Shown one piece after another: positions 9,213 to 17,110 of a DNA stretch of 64,000 nucleotides. The stretch is from Armatimonadota bacterium. Lineage in GTDB: Bacteria; Armatimonadota; UBA5829; DTJY01. Below the pieces are notes generated by a model. That model worked only from the letters and a program-made list of their open reading frames with translations, searched no databases and was not told the DNA's origin. The position numbers and the translations under genes are program-made. Position 1 is the stretch's first letter, and every line of letters begins with the position of its first letter. Where the stretch lies: the NCBI GenBank assembly GCA_963663705.1, contig OY760504.1, forward strand, positions 1,224,063-1,288,062, written 5' to 3'.

Positions 9213-9680
9213 CTAGTCAGTATTTGAGTCTTCTACTAACATCTGGAAAGGGATGCCGTGATGTGCCTCCAGCGACTGAATCTCTCCGTTGCCGCACCCA
9301 TCCAGGAAGTTCAATAAGTCCGCTACCGCAGGGTTTGCGAAATATGCGGCGCTTGGAACGAATGGTTTCGGGCCGTTATCGCCACCGAGCTTTATCTTGC
9401 GAACGACCCTGGGGCGCGGATCGAGCACCGGCTCACCATCCTTTATCACAAGGTTCTCGATGATGCCGTAGTAGACGTCGTGCAGCAGTTCGAATAACTG
9501 CATGCGTGGTTTAGAGAGCGGTTTCAAGCAAAGCCTCCATGATACTAATTTGAGCTTCTGGTTCGGCGATGATCTCGCTGCAGGCATCGTATCTTGCGGA
9601 GAAGCCTGCGGCGATAACATAGCGAATTGCAAAGCCGTATACTCTTTAATGGTGAAATTTCGCTGGGAGGAGGTTTTCAC
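9213..9680 (-). CDS. hypothetical protein
   Basis: 155-aa ORF; the true start may be the internal MQLFELLHD. Confidence 0.3.
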   Translation of the reverse strand: MKTSSQRNFTIKEYTALQFAMLSPQASPQDTMPAARSSPNQKLKLVSWRLCLKPLSKPRMQLFELLHDVYYGIIENLVIKDGEPVLDPRPRVVRKIKLGGDNGPKPFVPSAAYFANPAVADLLNFLDGCGNGEIQSLEAHHGIPFQMLVEDSNTD

Positions 9681-9760
9681 TGAGGTCAGGAGGATAGAAA
9701 ATGAGCTAATTCACGCACAGAAATGCCAATTTCAAGGCAGAAAAAATATTTCTGGGATAA

Positions 9761-9789
9761 CAAAAAAGCCCAGCGAAATTTCGCTGGGC
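9761..9789 (-). terminator. intrinsic terminator closing the repressor operon
   Basis: Perfect 22-bp palindrome GCCCAGCGAAATTTCGCTGGGC (9768-9789), followed on the minus strand by a U-run (A6 at 9762-9767 on the plus strand). Lies just downstream of the gene ending at 9819. Confidence 0.6.
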
Positions 9790-9818
9790 AGAACGTCAAA
9801 GGTTCGCAACAGTGGAGA

Positions 9819-11003
9819 TTAGCAGCTTACTTTGAACTTAGCATTCCATATTTTACCTTCGTCATCGTAGAAGAACGGGTCATCTTCAATACCGAATATC
9901 CGTCTCAGATGCTTGGAGAGCTGTGTCTTCCAGTCCTTGTTCTTATCTTTATTGCCTATTGAGTAGTCGATAACTCCATGGTTTGTCGCTATATCGTAGA
10001 AGAAATCCCATACCACAATTGGAGTCTTCTTTCTACTGCTGCCCATACCGAGTTCATGGCAGGTAAACTGGCGAGTTCGTCCCGGTGCAATTATCTCAAC
10101 TTGATCTGTATACATGAAATGCACAGAGATATCGGCCCATGCTGTTCCGGGCGGTGTCGGAAATACTGATGATTTGGTATCCTTTGATGGCGCATGGTGG
10201 GACAGGAAGGTCTCTAATGATCTGGAGTACAGTTCATTCGGCACGAACTTGCCGTTAGCGACCGGAACTGCATCAGCGAGATTCAGCAACAGTGACCCTG
10301 TTCTCTCAGCCACCGCGATACAATTTGGCCTGAGCGGCCTACCGCAGGTATGCAGGATTATGGGAGGTTCCTTACATGTGCAGATAAGCATCAGCAGAGT
10401 GTGTTCCAGGTTGGCATATAAGCCGCCGATGACGAGAAACACTGGGAACTTCAGACCGGAGACTGTTTTGATATCCGACAGGTGGTAGACCCCCTGCATG
10501 TCGTCCACCTGTCTCGATATCGAGTCCAACTTTAGAGCTTCGGCAAGTTTCCGACATAGCAGTTGCTCGTTGAAATCATAGATCACAAGATCCGTCTTCG
10601 TTATGGAGAACGCATCGCACTCATAGTACTCGCACTGGCAAACTGCGATAATCTCGCCATTTGAGAGCTCGACCGCTTCGTGCTGGCACATACATTGCCT
10701 TGGGTTCTGGCACGGAACGAAGTCCGCGTACTTCTCCAAGGGACGAAGGAATTGCCGAACCATACCATAATCATCACCTGTCGACAATCGCCATTCCGAA
10801 TCTACGGCAGCAAGCACCGGCAGATCAGCGAGCGCCGACCATAAGTTCTTCGATGTCATCGGTTTCTTCCTCATCAATGATAAACATGCGGGCACGCAGC
10901 CACTGTTCAATAGGGTCGCCGTCTCCGTCTCTATGATACTGCGCCACATTTGATGGCTTGATGACAACCGTTCTCGGACGTTTCGAATCAACGAATCTGA
11001 CAC
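9819..11003 (-). CDS. hypothetical protein B of the repressor operon (Cys-rich N-terminal module)
   Basis: 394-aa ORF. Cys cluster CQNPRQCMCQHE...CQCEYYEC. Overlaps the upstream gene; the likely start is an internal M near 10859-10874. No family recognised. Confidence 0.5.
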   Translation of the reverse strand: MSDSLIRNVRERLSSSHQMWRSIIETETATLLNSGCVPACLSLMRKKPMTSKNLWSALADLPVLAAVDSEWRLSTGDDYGMVRQFLRPLEKYADFVPCQNPRQCMCQHEAVELSNGEIIAVCQCEYYECDAFSITKTDLVIYDFNEQLLCRKLAEALKLDSISRQVDDMQGVYHLSDIKTVSGLKFPVFLVIGGLYANLEHTLLMLICTCKEPPIILHTCGRPLRPNCIAVAERTGSLLLNLADAVPVANGKFVPNELYSRSLETFLSHHAPSKDTKSSVFPTPPGTAWADISVHFMYTDQVEIIAPGRTRQFTCHELGMGSSRKKTPIVVWDFFYDIATNHGVIDYSIGNKDKNKDWKTQLSKHLRRIFGIEDDPFFYDDEGKIWNAKFKVSC

Positions 11004-12015
11004 GAAAACTCGCCTTCAGAATCGGAGCTTCTTCGGGCATATCCTCCCCTCTGCACATAAGGTCCGCGAAAACATCGTCCGCCCTGATCGTGCGAACGGC
11101 GCTGTATGGCCCACCCATATCGAACTGGATTTCTGCAAGCTTTATCTCGACTAACCCCGGGATATCGTTGCAGACTAGCGACCGCACTCCATCCGTTCTG
11201 AGTGGTTCGAGGCTATACCGACCGCAGTCCGGAAAATGCTCGATGTTGTCGAATACGTGTTTGCCGATAACCTGACGGTAGAGGCCGCGTATGCCCTTGG
11301 ACGTATTGTTGATGCGCAGCTCGCCGGTACCAGGCTTGTAGACCACTACATCATGTTTCTCAGGCTGAAAGAATAAACTGGACGATTCGCCGTTTTGAAT
11401 ACGTGGCACTCTCGTGTAAGGCTCACCATGCCTGATAAGAAAGCAGTAATCTTCACCTCTCGGGAACATGAACACTCGCGTGTTGCGGCCCCTCTTGTGC
11501 TCCTCGAACCAGTCGTCGAACTCACTCTCCATCGCCCGGAGCGTCTCCTCGGAGGGTTCACTGAAAGCTTTCAAAGACTGGGCATCGGCATAATAGTTCA
11601 GAAATGTTCGCGGCTTGTGGACGAACTGGCGGGCGTAGGCGCGCTCAACGAGGCTGCTGTCCATCATCCACGCCTGCATGGCGATATCGACCGGTGTCGA
11701 GTCCTTCTCGTCGATGAATCGCCCGTTTCGCGCCAACTCTCGTAGTATGGCATCCATGCCGGGCTCGGTCGCCATCTCGTTGACATAGTAAAGCGCATCG
11801 ATCAGACTCGTCGGGGTATCGCTGTTCGGGGCGAGCAGCACTCTGACCAGGGTATTGTAGTCAAGGCATTCGATCTGTTCCTCGGAATCTTGGATATCGA
11901 TTTGGCGCGACTCCAAATAGCTTGAATGCGGCTCAAGGAAAGCTATGAGGTATTTCGCTCCTACCGATTTCAGTACGTCCGCGTTTGCGAAACGTTTTAG
12001 TGCATAATTGGACAT
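10825..12015 (-). CDS. hypothetical protein A of the repressor operon
   Basis: 396-aa ORF directly downstream of the repressor on the same strand. Acidic C-terminus. No family recognised. Confidence 0.5.
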   Translation of the reverse strand: MSNYALKRFANADVLKSVGAKYLIAFLEPHSSYLESRQIDIQDSEEQIECLDYNTLVRVLLAPNSDTPTSLIDALYYVNEMATEPGMDAILRELARNGRFIDEKDSTPVDIAMQAWMMDSSLVERAYARQFVHKPRTFLNYYADAQSLKAFSEPSEETLRAMESEFDDWFEEHKRGRNTRVFMFPRGEDYCFLIRHGEPYTRVPRIQNGESSSLFFQPEKHDVVVYKPGTGELRINNTSKGIRGLYRQVIGKHVFDNIEHFPDCGRYSLEPLRTDGVRSLVCNDIPGLVEIKLAEIQFDMGGPYSAVRTIRADDVFADLMCRGEDMPEEAPILKASFRVRFVDSKRPRTVVIKPSNVAQYHRDGDGDPIEQWLRARMFIIDEEETDDIEELMVGAR

Positions 12016-12037
12016 GTGATGTGTTCATTTCCTTTCT

Positions 12038-12754
12038 TTACATAACGATTTGGTTGCTGGTTGCCAGGCTTCTTACGGCAACCACTTTTCCAGCTATTCG
12101 AAGGTCATCATCCGACCTGAGAACAATCGGATCGTAACTTGGGTTTTCAGGTTTGAGCAGAATATCCTTCCCATGGATAATAAGGCGCTTTACCGTAGCC
12201 TCATTATCAAGCAGAGCGACCACAATATCGCCGTTCTCGGCAATGGGCTGCTGGCGCACTACTATCAGATCTCCCGGGTCGATACCGGCACCCGTCATGC
12301 TGACGCTCTGAACCTCCAACGCAAAATAGCGACCACTCCGGATCACCGAACTCTCAACCAGAATATTTCCGATAACGTTCTCCTCTGCAAGTATCGGAAG
12401 CCCCGCCGCAACTTTGCCGACGATGGGAATAGAAACCAGGCTAGCCAAGGTGCCGGCCGGTTCATGAACGACTGATATCCCACGGGCTTTGCCGTCCTCT
12501 CGTCTTAGATATCCCTTTTGGATTAGCTGATTGATCTGGTCATGCACCGTTGAACTGCGCAGGCCGAGTATCGACGCGAGATCCGCTACGGTGGGCGGGA
12601 TTCCTCGGTCGAGTATAAACTTTCGGATCGTCTTTAGCGTTCTCTCCTGATGTTCGGTAATACCGGTGGCCGGTTTGCGCCCCGGTCGGCGTGTCTCGCC
12701 GCCAAGACCGTCTTCATCGAATACCAATGTTATCGCCCCTTCATGTCTATTCAT
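12038..12754 (-). CDS. LexA/CI-like repressor (winged-HTH plus S24 self-cleaving peptidase)
   Basis: LexA-type DNA-binding region (TLKTIRKFILDRGIPPTVADLASILGL...). S24 catalytic Ser in EVQSVSMTGAG and Lys in ATVKRL. Confidence 0.8.
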   Translation of the reverse strand: MNRHEGAITLVFDEDGLGGETRRPGRKPATGITEHQERTLKTIRKFILDRGIPPTVADLASILGLRSSTVHDQINQLIQKGYLRREDGKARGISVVHEPAGTLASLVSIPIVGKVAAGLPILAEENVIGNILVESSVIRSGRYFALEVQSVSMTGAGIDPGDLIVVRQQPIAENGDIVVALLDNEATVKRLIIHGKDILLKPENPSYDPIVLRSDDDLRIAGKVVAVRSLATSNQIVM

Positions 12755-12991
12755 TGCAGTTAATAACCTATTTTGAAGAGACTGCTAATTATATCACCGT
12801 ATAGACAATCGGTCAATCCTATGTTTATGTTCGGTTTGCTGTGCTTTCAGCTGGCTATCGTCAAGGGCTGGAATTGCCGTTTGCAAAATATTTGGTGAAT
12901 TTCCGACACTTTGCAAATCTCTCCGGTAAGTAACCAGTGGAGGTAACTTCACGGCGCGCCGATGCTATAGACAAAAACACGGGAGATCACG
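12755..12991. promoter_or_regulatory. divergent early regulatory region between the repressor and the early operon
   Basis: Intergenic 237 bp carrying two copies of the palindromic octamer TTTGCAAA (within 12868-12917), an AAATATTT core, and the 15-mer CCGACACTTTGCAAA also found at 35159-35173. Confidence 0.45.
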
Positions 12992-13318
12992 ATGACAAAT
13001 ACATATTACAAGTTCAGCTTTTCGGAGAATATCCGGCTGGAACGCATCAGGGAGCTATTCGGTCTGGCAATGATCGCAGTAGAGGCGATTCACGGCACTG
13101 CCGCTGTGCGGCTAAATCTATCATGCAAGCTGGACGCGCCAGACCATTCGTTGATGGTCGAGGCTGACTCGGAGACCGGTTACGACCTTGCGAAGGTGCT
13201 GCTCCAGTTCTTCACCAAAGGTTTCGGTGACTGCTTTGAGGTTTGCCAGACAGAAGACCGCCGGAAATACAGCGACTATATCTACCACCTCGGTACGATC
13301 CTCTGGATGACTAGATGA
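12992..13318 (+). CDS. hypothetical early protein
   Basis: 108 aa. First gene of the rightward early operon. Confidence 0.3.
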   Translation: MTNTYYKFSFSENIRLERIRELFGLAMIAVEAIHGTAAVRLNLSCKLDAPDHSLMVEADSETGYDLAKVLLQFFTKGFGDCFEVCQTEDRRKYSDYIYHLGTILWMTR

Positions 13319-14328
13319 TCACCACCTATTCAATGTGGAACGCTTTTCGGAACTGCCGCAAGCTCTGCGAGTGGCGGTATGTAAAAGAACTGGCCCCGGT
13401 TAGCCGGGATCAACGACTCACATTCGGATCGCTCATCCATGAATGTCTGGAGATGTGGCATCGGGATGGGGATATAGCTGCCGTCCAGGGTCACATTGAT
13501 CGGGCGCTGATAAACCGAACGTCCGATGATGCCATGAAATCCGACTGGCATCTCGCCCGAGCGATGATGGCAGGCTATGCCGGCACATACCATACCGAAA
13601 GGTTTCAGGTAGTTGCACTGGAGAAAACCTTCGAAGGCAGCATCATCAATCCATCGACGGGTGCTCCCTCGCGGAGTTTCTCCATCGCCGGAAAAGTAGA
13701 CGGCATAATCAAAATGCGCAGTACCGGCGAGTATTACCTGCTAGAGCACAAGACCGCTGCACAACTCGACGGCAGCTATCTCGAGAAGCTCTGGACGGAT
13801 CTGCAGGTGTCCCTTTACTGCCACTACATCGAGCAAACACTCGGTATCAGGATCGCCGGCGTAATCTACAACGTACTCGTGAAATCCAAGCTCGTGCAGG
13901 GCAAGGGTGAGACGGAATCAGAGTTTGAGGCACGCAGGGCAGAGCTCTTGGCAAAGTCGAAGACCGGTAAGTCATCGGCCACGAGGCGGATGCCGGAATC
14001 TGATGATACCTTCGCCGAGCGTCTGGCTGCCAAGTACAGGGAGCCCGGCATGTTCCACCGGGAGATGCTCTACATCTCTCGCGATCAGTTCGATGCTATG
14101 AAGTCGGACCTCTGGGAGTTTACCCAGCAATTTCTGGATTCACGGAGGCGCGGCGCGTTCTACCGGAACACGTCCTACTGCTTCAACTACCATCGGCCAT
14201 GCGCATACTACCCGCTCTGCAGTTCAAACGGGAGTCCGAACGTTATCGCGAACTTCTACGAGACAAAGCCGCCGCATGAGGAACTGCGGACGGATGATAC
14301 TAGCGACCAAGACAAGGAGATATTCTAA
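13315..14328 (+). CDS. PD-(D/E)XK exonuclease, Cas4/RecB-like with Cys cluster
   Basis: EHK catalytic-type motif (YYLLEHKTAA), C-terminal Cys cluster CFNYHRPCAYYPLC, and N-terminal Cys residues. Confidence 0.6.
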   Translation: MITTYSMWNAFRNCRKLCEWRYVKELAPVSRDQRLTFGSLIHECLEMWHRDGDIAAVQGHIDRALINRTSDDAMKSDWHLARAMMAGYAGTYHTERFQVVALEKTFEGSIINPSTGAPSRSFSIAGKVDGIIKMRSTGEYYLLEHKTAAQLDGSYLEKLWTDLQVSLYCHYIEQTLGIRIAGVIYNVLVKSKLVQGKGETESEFEARRAELLAKSKTGKSSATRRMPESDDTFAERLAAKYREPGMFHREMLYISRDQFDAMKSDLWEFTQQFLDSRRRGAFYRNTSYCFNYHRPCAYYPLCSSNGSPNVIANFYETKPPHEELRTDDTSDQDKEIF

Positions 14329-16122
14329 ATGCTACTGCCTACCGCAAAAACACCGCCAAAGCCTGACCTTGCCGACCTGAGCGTACTGGTATACGGCCCA
14401 ACGAAGATCGGAAAGTGCCTCAAGGGTGATACCTGCATTATCGATCCTGTGACAGGGCGGCCACGGACTATCCGCGAGATCGTAAAAACGCGACAGGGGC
14501 CTGTTCATACTCTCGGAGAGGCCGGATGCATATCCTCAGTGGAGCCTTCGGCGTTCGTAGAGAATGAGCCGGAACAGCTATTCAGGCTTACTACTCAGAC
14601 CGGCAGGGTTATCGAGGCTACTGCAAGTCATCCATTCCTGACCAGAAGTGGATGGAGGCCGCTATCTGAACTAAGGGAGTGCGATAGGGTTGCCGTAATA
14701 GCTGAGTACCCACGGCTATTCGGCTGCACACGAACAGACAGTGATCAGCTTACCATACTTGCGTATCTGATTGCCGATGGCTCACTCGGCGGGAACAAAT
14801 CGCCTATCTTCACGAAGTGCGACCCGGAGGTAAGGCTGGACTTCGAATCATCAGTGGAACGTACCGGAGATGAGTGCATTGAGTACGAGAACACAAATGG
14901 CATCACTCATGTCAGGGTGCGTGGCAAACCTGGATTCCAGAACAATGTCATCGCGCTCCTCAGGGAGCAGGGACTGCAAGGACTGCGTGCACCTGATAAG
15001 TTCATCCCGGATTTCGTGTTCGGATTGCGAAGGTCGAAGCTTGCGCTCTTCCTGAACAAACTGTTCTCCTGCGATGGCAGCATGGAGGCAACGGGGAGGG
15101 TCAGCTACAGTTCTACGTCCATCCGAATGGTGCGCCAGGTCCAGCACCTGCTGCTCCGCTTTGGCATCGTGTCACTGCTGCACAACAGGTTTATCGACGG
15201 CGAACTCTACGGGGCAGAGATACTCGTTGCAGGCAAGACCGATGTGCTGAGGTTCATAGATCAGATCGGGTTCACCGGAGAGAAGGGCGTTAAGGCAGAA
15301 AGTGTTCGGGCTGCGCTCTACAACGTGCGGGCAGCAGAGACCCAACTCGATAAGGTAGGCCCTATCCTTTTCGACCGCATCAGGAGCATCGAGCCGACAA
15401 CCATCGAGTCAGTCTACGATCTCACGATCCCTGATACCCACAATTTCATTGCAAACGATTTTGTGGTCCACAACTCAACATGGTGCTCTCATGCCGATGT
15501 CGCGCTCTTTCTCTCGACCGAACCGGGGCTGAACTCCCTTGAGGTGTTCCAGACGCCCATACGATCCTGGGAGGAGCTGCTCGCCGCTTGTGGTGAGATC
15601 GCCGAGGGGAAACACCCGTTCAAGACGGTCATTATCGATACCATTGATAACGCCTTTCGCATGTGCGCCGACTACGTCTGCCGCAAGTTCAAGATCGAGC
15701 ATGAGTCGGATCTGGGCTACGGCAAGGGGTACTCGCTCATCGCAAATGAGTTTCAGCGCGTGCTAAACAAGCTTGCGTTTATGCCGTATGGGCTGTTTCT
15801 GATCTCCCATTCGCAGAACGTGGAGATCGAGACGCGCACGAGCAAGTACACGAAGACTGTGCCCACGCTTCCCGAGAAGGTAAGAAAGCTCGTGCTGGGA
15901 CTCGTGGATATGGTGCTCTACTGTGACATCGAAACAGGTGCAGGCTCGGATGGCAAGGTATCGGCACGCCGCGTCATGCGCACGAAGCCATCGATCTACT
16001 ACGAAGCCGGTGACAGAACCGTGAGGCTCCCGGACACGATTGACCTCGACTATGACAGATTCATCGAAGCATTCAAAACAGGCTTGAATAACAAAATCAC
16101 AAAGGAGACAGCAAGCAAATGA
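14329..16122 (+). CDS. Sak4-like AAA/RecA-fold ATPase interrupted by an intein
   Basis: Extein Walker A GPTKIGK|ST is split by a 353-aa insert. The extein totals about 244 aa. Confidence 0.7.
   Translation: MLLPTAKTPPKPDLADLSVLVYGPTKIGKCLKGDTCIIDPVTGRPRTIREIVKTRQGPVHTLGEAGCISSVEPSAFVENEPEQLFRLTTQTGRVIEATASHPFLTRSGWRPLSELRECDRVAVIAEYPRLFGCTRTDSDQLTILAYLIADGSLGGNKSPIFTKCDPEVRLDFESSVERTGDECIEYENTNGITHVRVRGKPGFQNNVIALLREQGLQGLRAPDKFIPDFVFGLRRSKLALFLNKLFSCDGSMEATGRVSYSSTSIRMVRQVQHLLLRFGIVSLLHNRFIDGELYGAEILVAGKTDVLRFIDQIGFTGEKGVKAESVRAALYNVRAAETQLDKVGPILFDRIRSIEPTTIESVYDLTIPDTHNFIANDFVVHNSTWCSHADVALFLSTEPGLNSLEVFQTPIRSWEELLAACGEIAEGKHPFKTVIIDTIDNAFRMCADYVCRKFKIEHESDLGYGKGYSLIANEFQRVLNKLAFMPYGLFLISHSQNVEIETRTSKYTKTVPTLPEKVRKLVLGLVDMVLYCDIETGAGSDGKVSARRVMRTKPSIYYEAGDRTVRLPDTIDLDYDRFIEAFKTGLNNKITKETASK
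14416..15474 (+). other. intein with LAGLIDADG homing-endonuclease domain inside the ATPase P-loop
   Basis: Block A CLKGDTCII starts right after the Walker A Lys. Block B TASHPF. LAGLIDADG motifs LAYLIADGS and LFLNKLFSCDGS. Terminal VVHN followed by Ser as the +1 residue. Confidence 0.8.
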
Positions 16123-16577
16123 ATTACGACAACACCGGAATCGGCGACATAGACCTCGCCCAGTTTGACGACGATTATTCCAGCGCTCCCGTTGAGGAAC
16201 GAGAGTTCGACGAGGTACCTGACGCCAAATATCAGGTGAACGTGGAAAAGGTAGAACTTTCCAAAACGCAATCAACCGGCAATCCGATGCTCAAGTGGAC
16301 ACTGAAAATCTTCGGCCCGAAGTGTGCCGGCCGCCTGCTTTGGCGAAACAGCGTTATCACCAAAGCCACGCTTGCATGGCTGAAGACTGACCTCTCCACC
16401 TGCGGGCTTGAGATCGATAGCCTCTCGGAGCTGCCGGGCAGACTCGGCGATCTCCTGGATGTGAAACTTGAGGTTACCAAGCGCACCAAGGGTGAGAACC
16501 AGAACATCTACTTCAACCGGCGAATCGTCCTAGATGATCTGGAAGTCCGAGACGACGATTCTCTCGCCGCGTTTTGA
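16119..16577 (+). CDS. hypothetical protein (DUF669-like, possible ssDNA-binding partner of Sak4)
   Basis: 152 aa, acidic N-terminus. Assignment rests on position in the recombination module and is weak. Confidence 0.3.
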   Translation: MNYDNTGIGDIDLAQFDDDYSSAPVEEREFDEVPDAKYQVNVEKVELSKTQSTGNPMLKWTLKIFGPKCAGRLLWRNSVITKATLAWLKTDLSTCGLEIDSLSELPGRLGDLLDVKLEVTKRTKGENQNIYFNRRIVLDDLEVRDDDSLAAF

Positions 16578-17110
16578 TGGCCGACAAGCCGACCATAGTG
16601 GCCGATACGCGTGAGCAGGAGCCTTACGAGTTTCCTCCAAGCCTGGTCAGCCTCACGAAACGCGCTCTTCCGGCCGGGGATTATTCCCTGGCCGGGCTGG
16701 AGCATGAGGTGGCGGTCGAGAGGAAGACTATGGATGACTTCATTCATACGGTCATTCGAGATAGAGACAGGTTCCGCAGGGAACTCAAGATACTGCAAAC
16801 CTATCCCTGCGCCTGTGTTGTAGTCGAGGCTAATCTTGATGATGTGTTCACAGGCGAATATCATTCCGGCGCTCATCCGAACTCAATCCTTGGGGCGACC
16901 CTCTCCATCATTGTCGACTACGGCATTCCAGTCTATTTCTGCTCCAACCGGCAAATAGCCCGCCGGTTTGTTATGGAGTTCTTAATGCGTTACCACCGAA
17001 AGGGCATAGATTCATGCAATGTACAATCCCAAGTAGCACAACCAGTATCAGAGGAGAGGTCGAGCGAATCTTCTTCTCCTCCGCAAACTTCTCGGCAGGA
17101 CGGTTCCTGA
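16574..17110 (+). CDS. ERCC4-type nuclease
   Basis: Motifs IVADTRE, GDY and VERKTMDDF match the ERCC4/XPF nuclease signature. Confidence 0.55.
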   Translation: MMADKPTIVADTREQEPYEFPPSLVSLTKRALPAGDYSLAGLEHEVAVERKTMDDFIHTVIRDRDRFRRELKILQTYPCACVVVEANLDDVFTGEYHSGAHPNSILGATLSIIVDYGIPVYFCSNRQIARRFVMEFLMRYHRKGIDSCNVQSQVAQPVSEERSSESSSPPQTSRQDGS

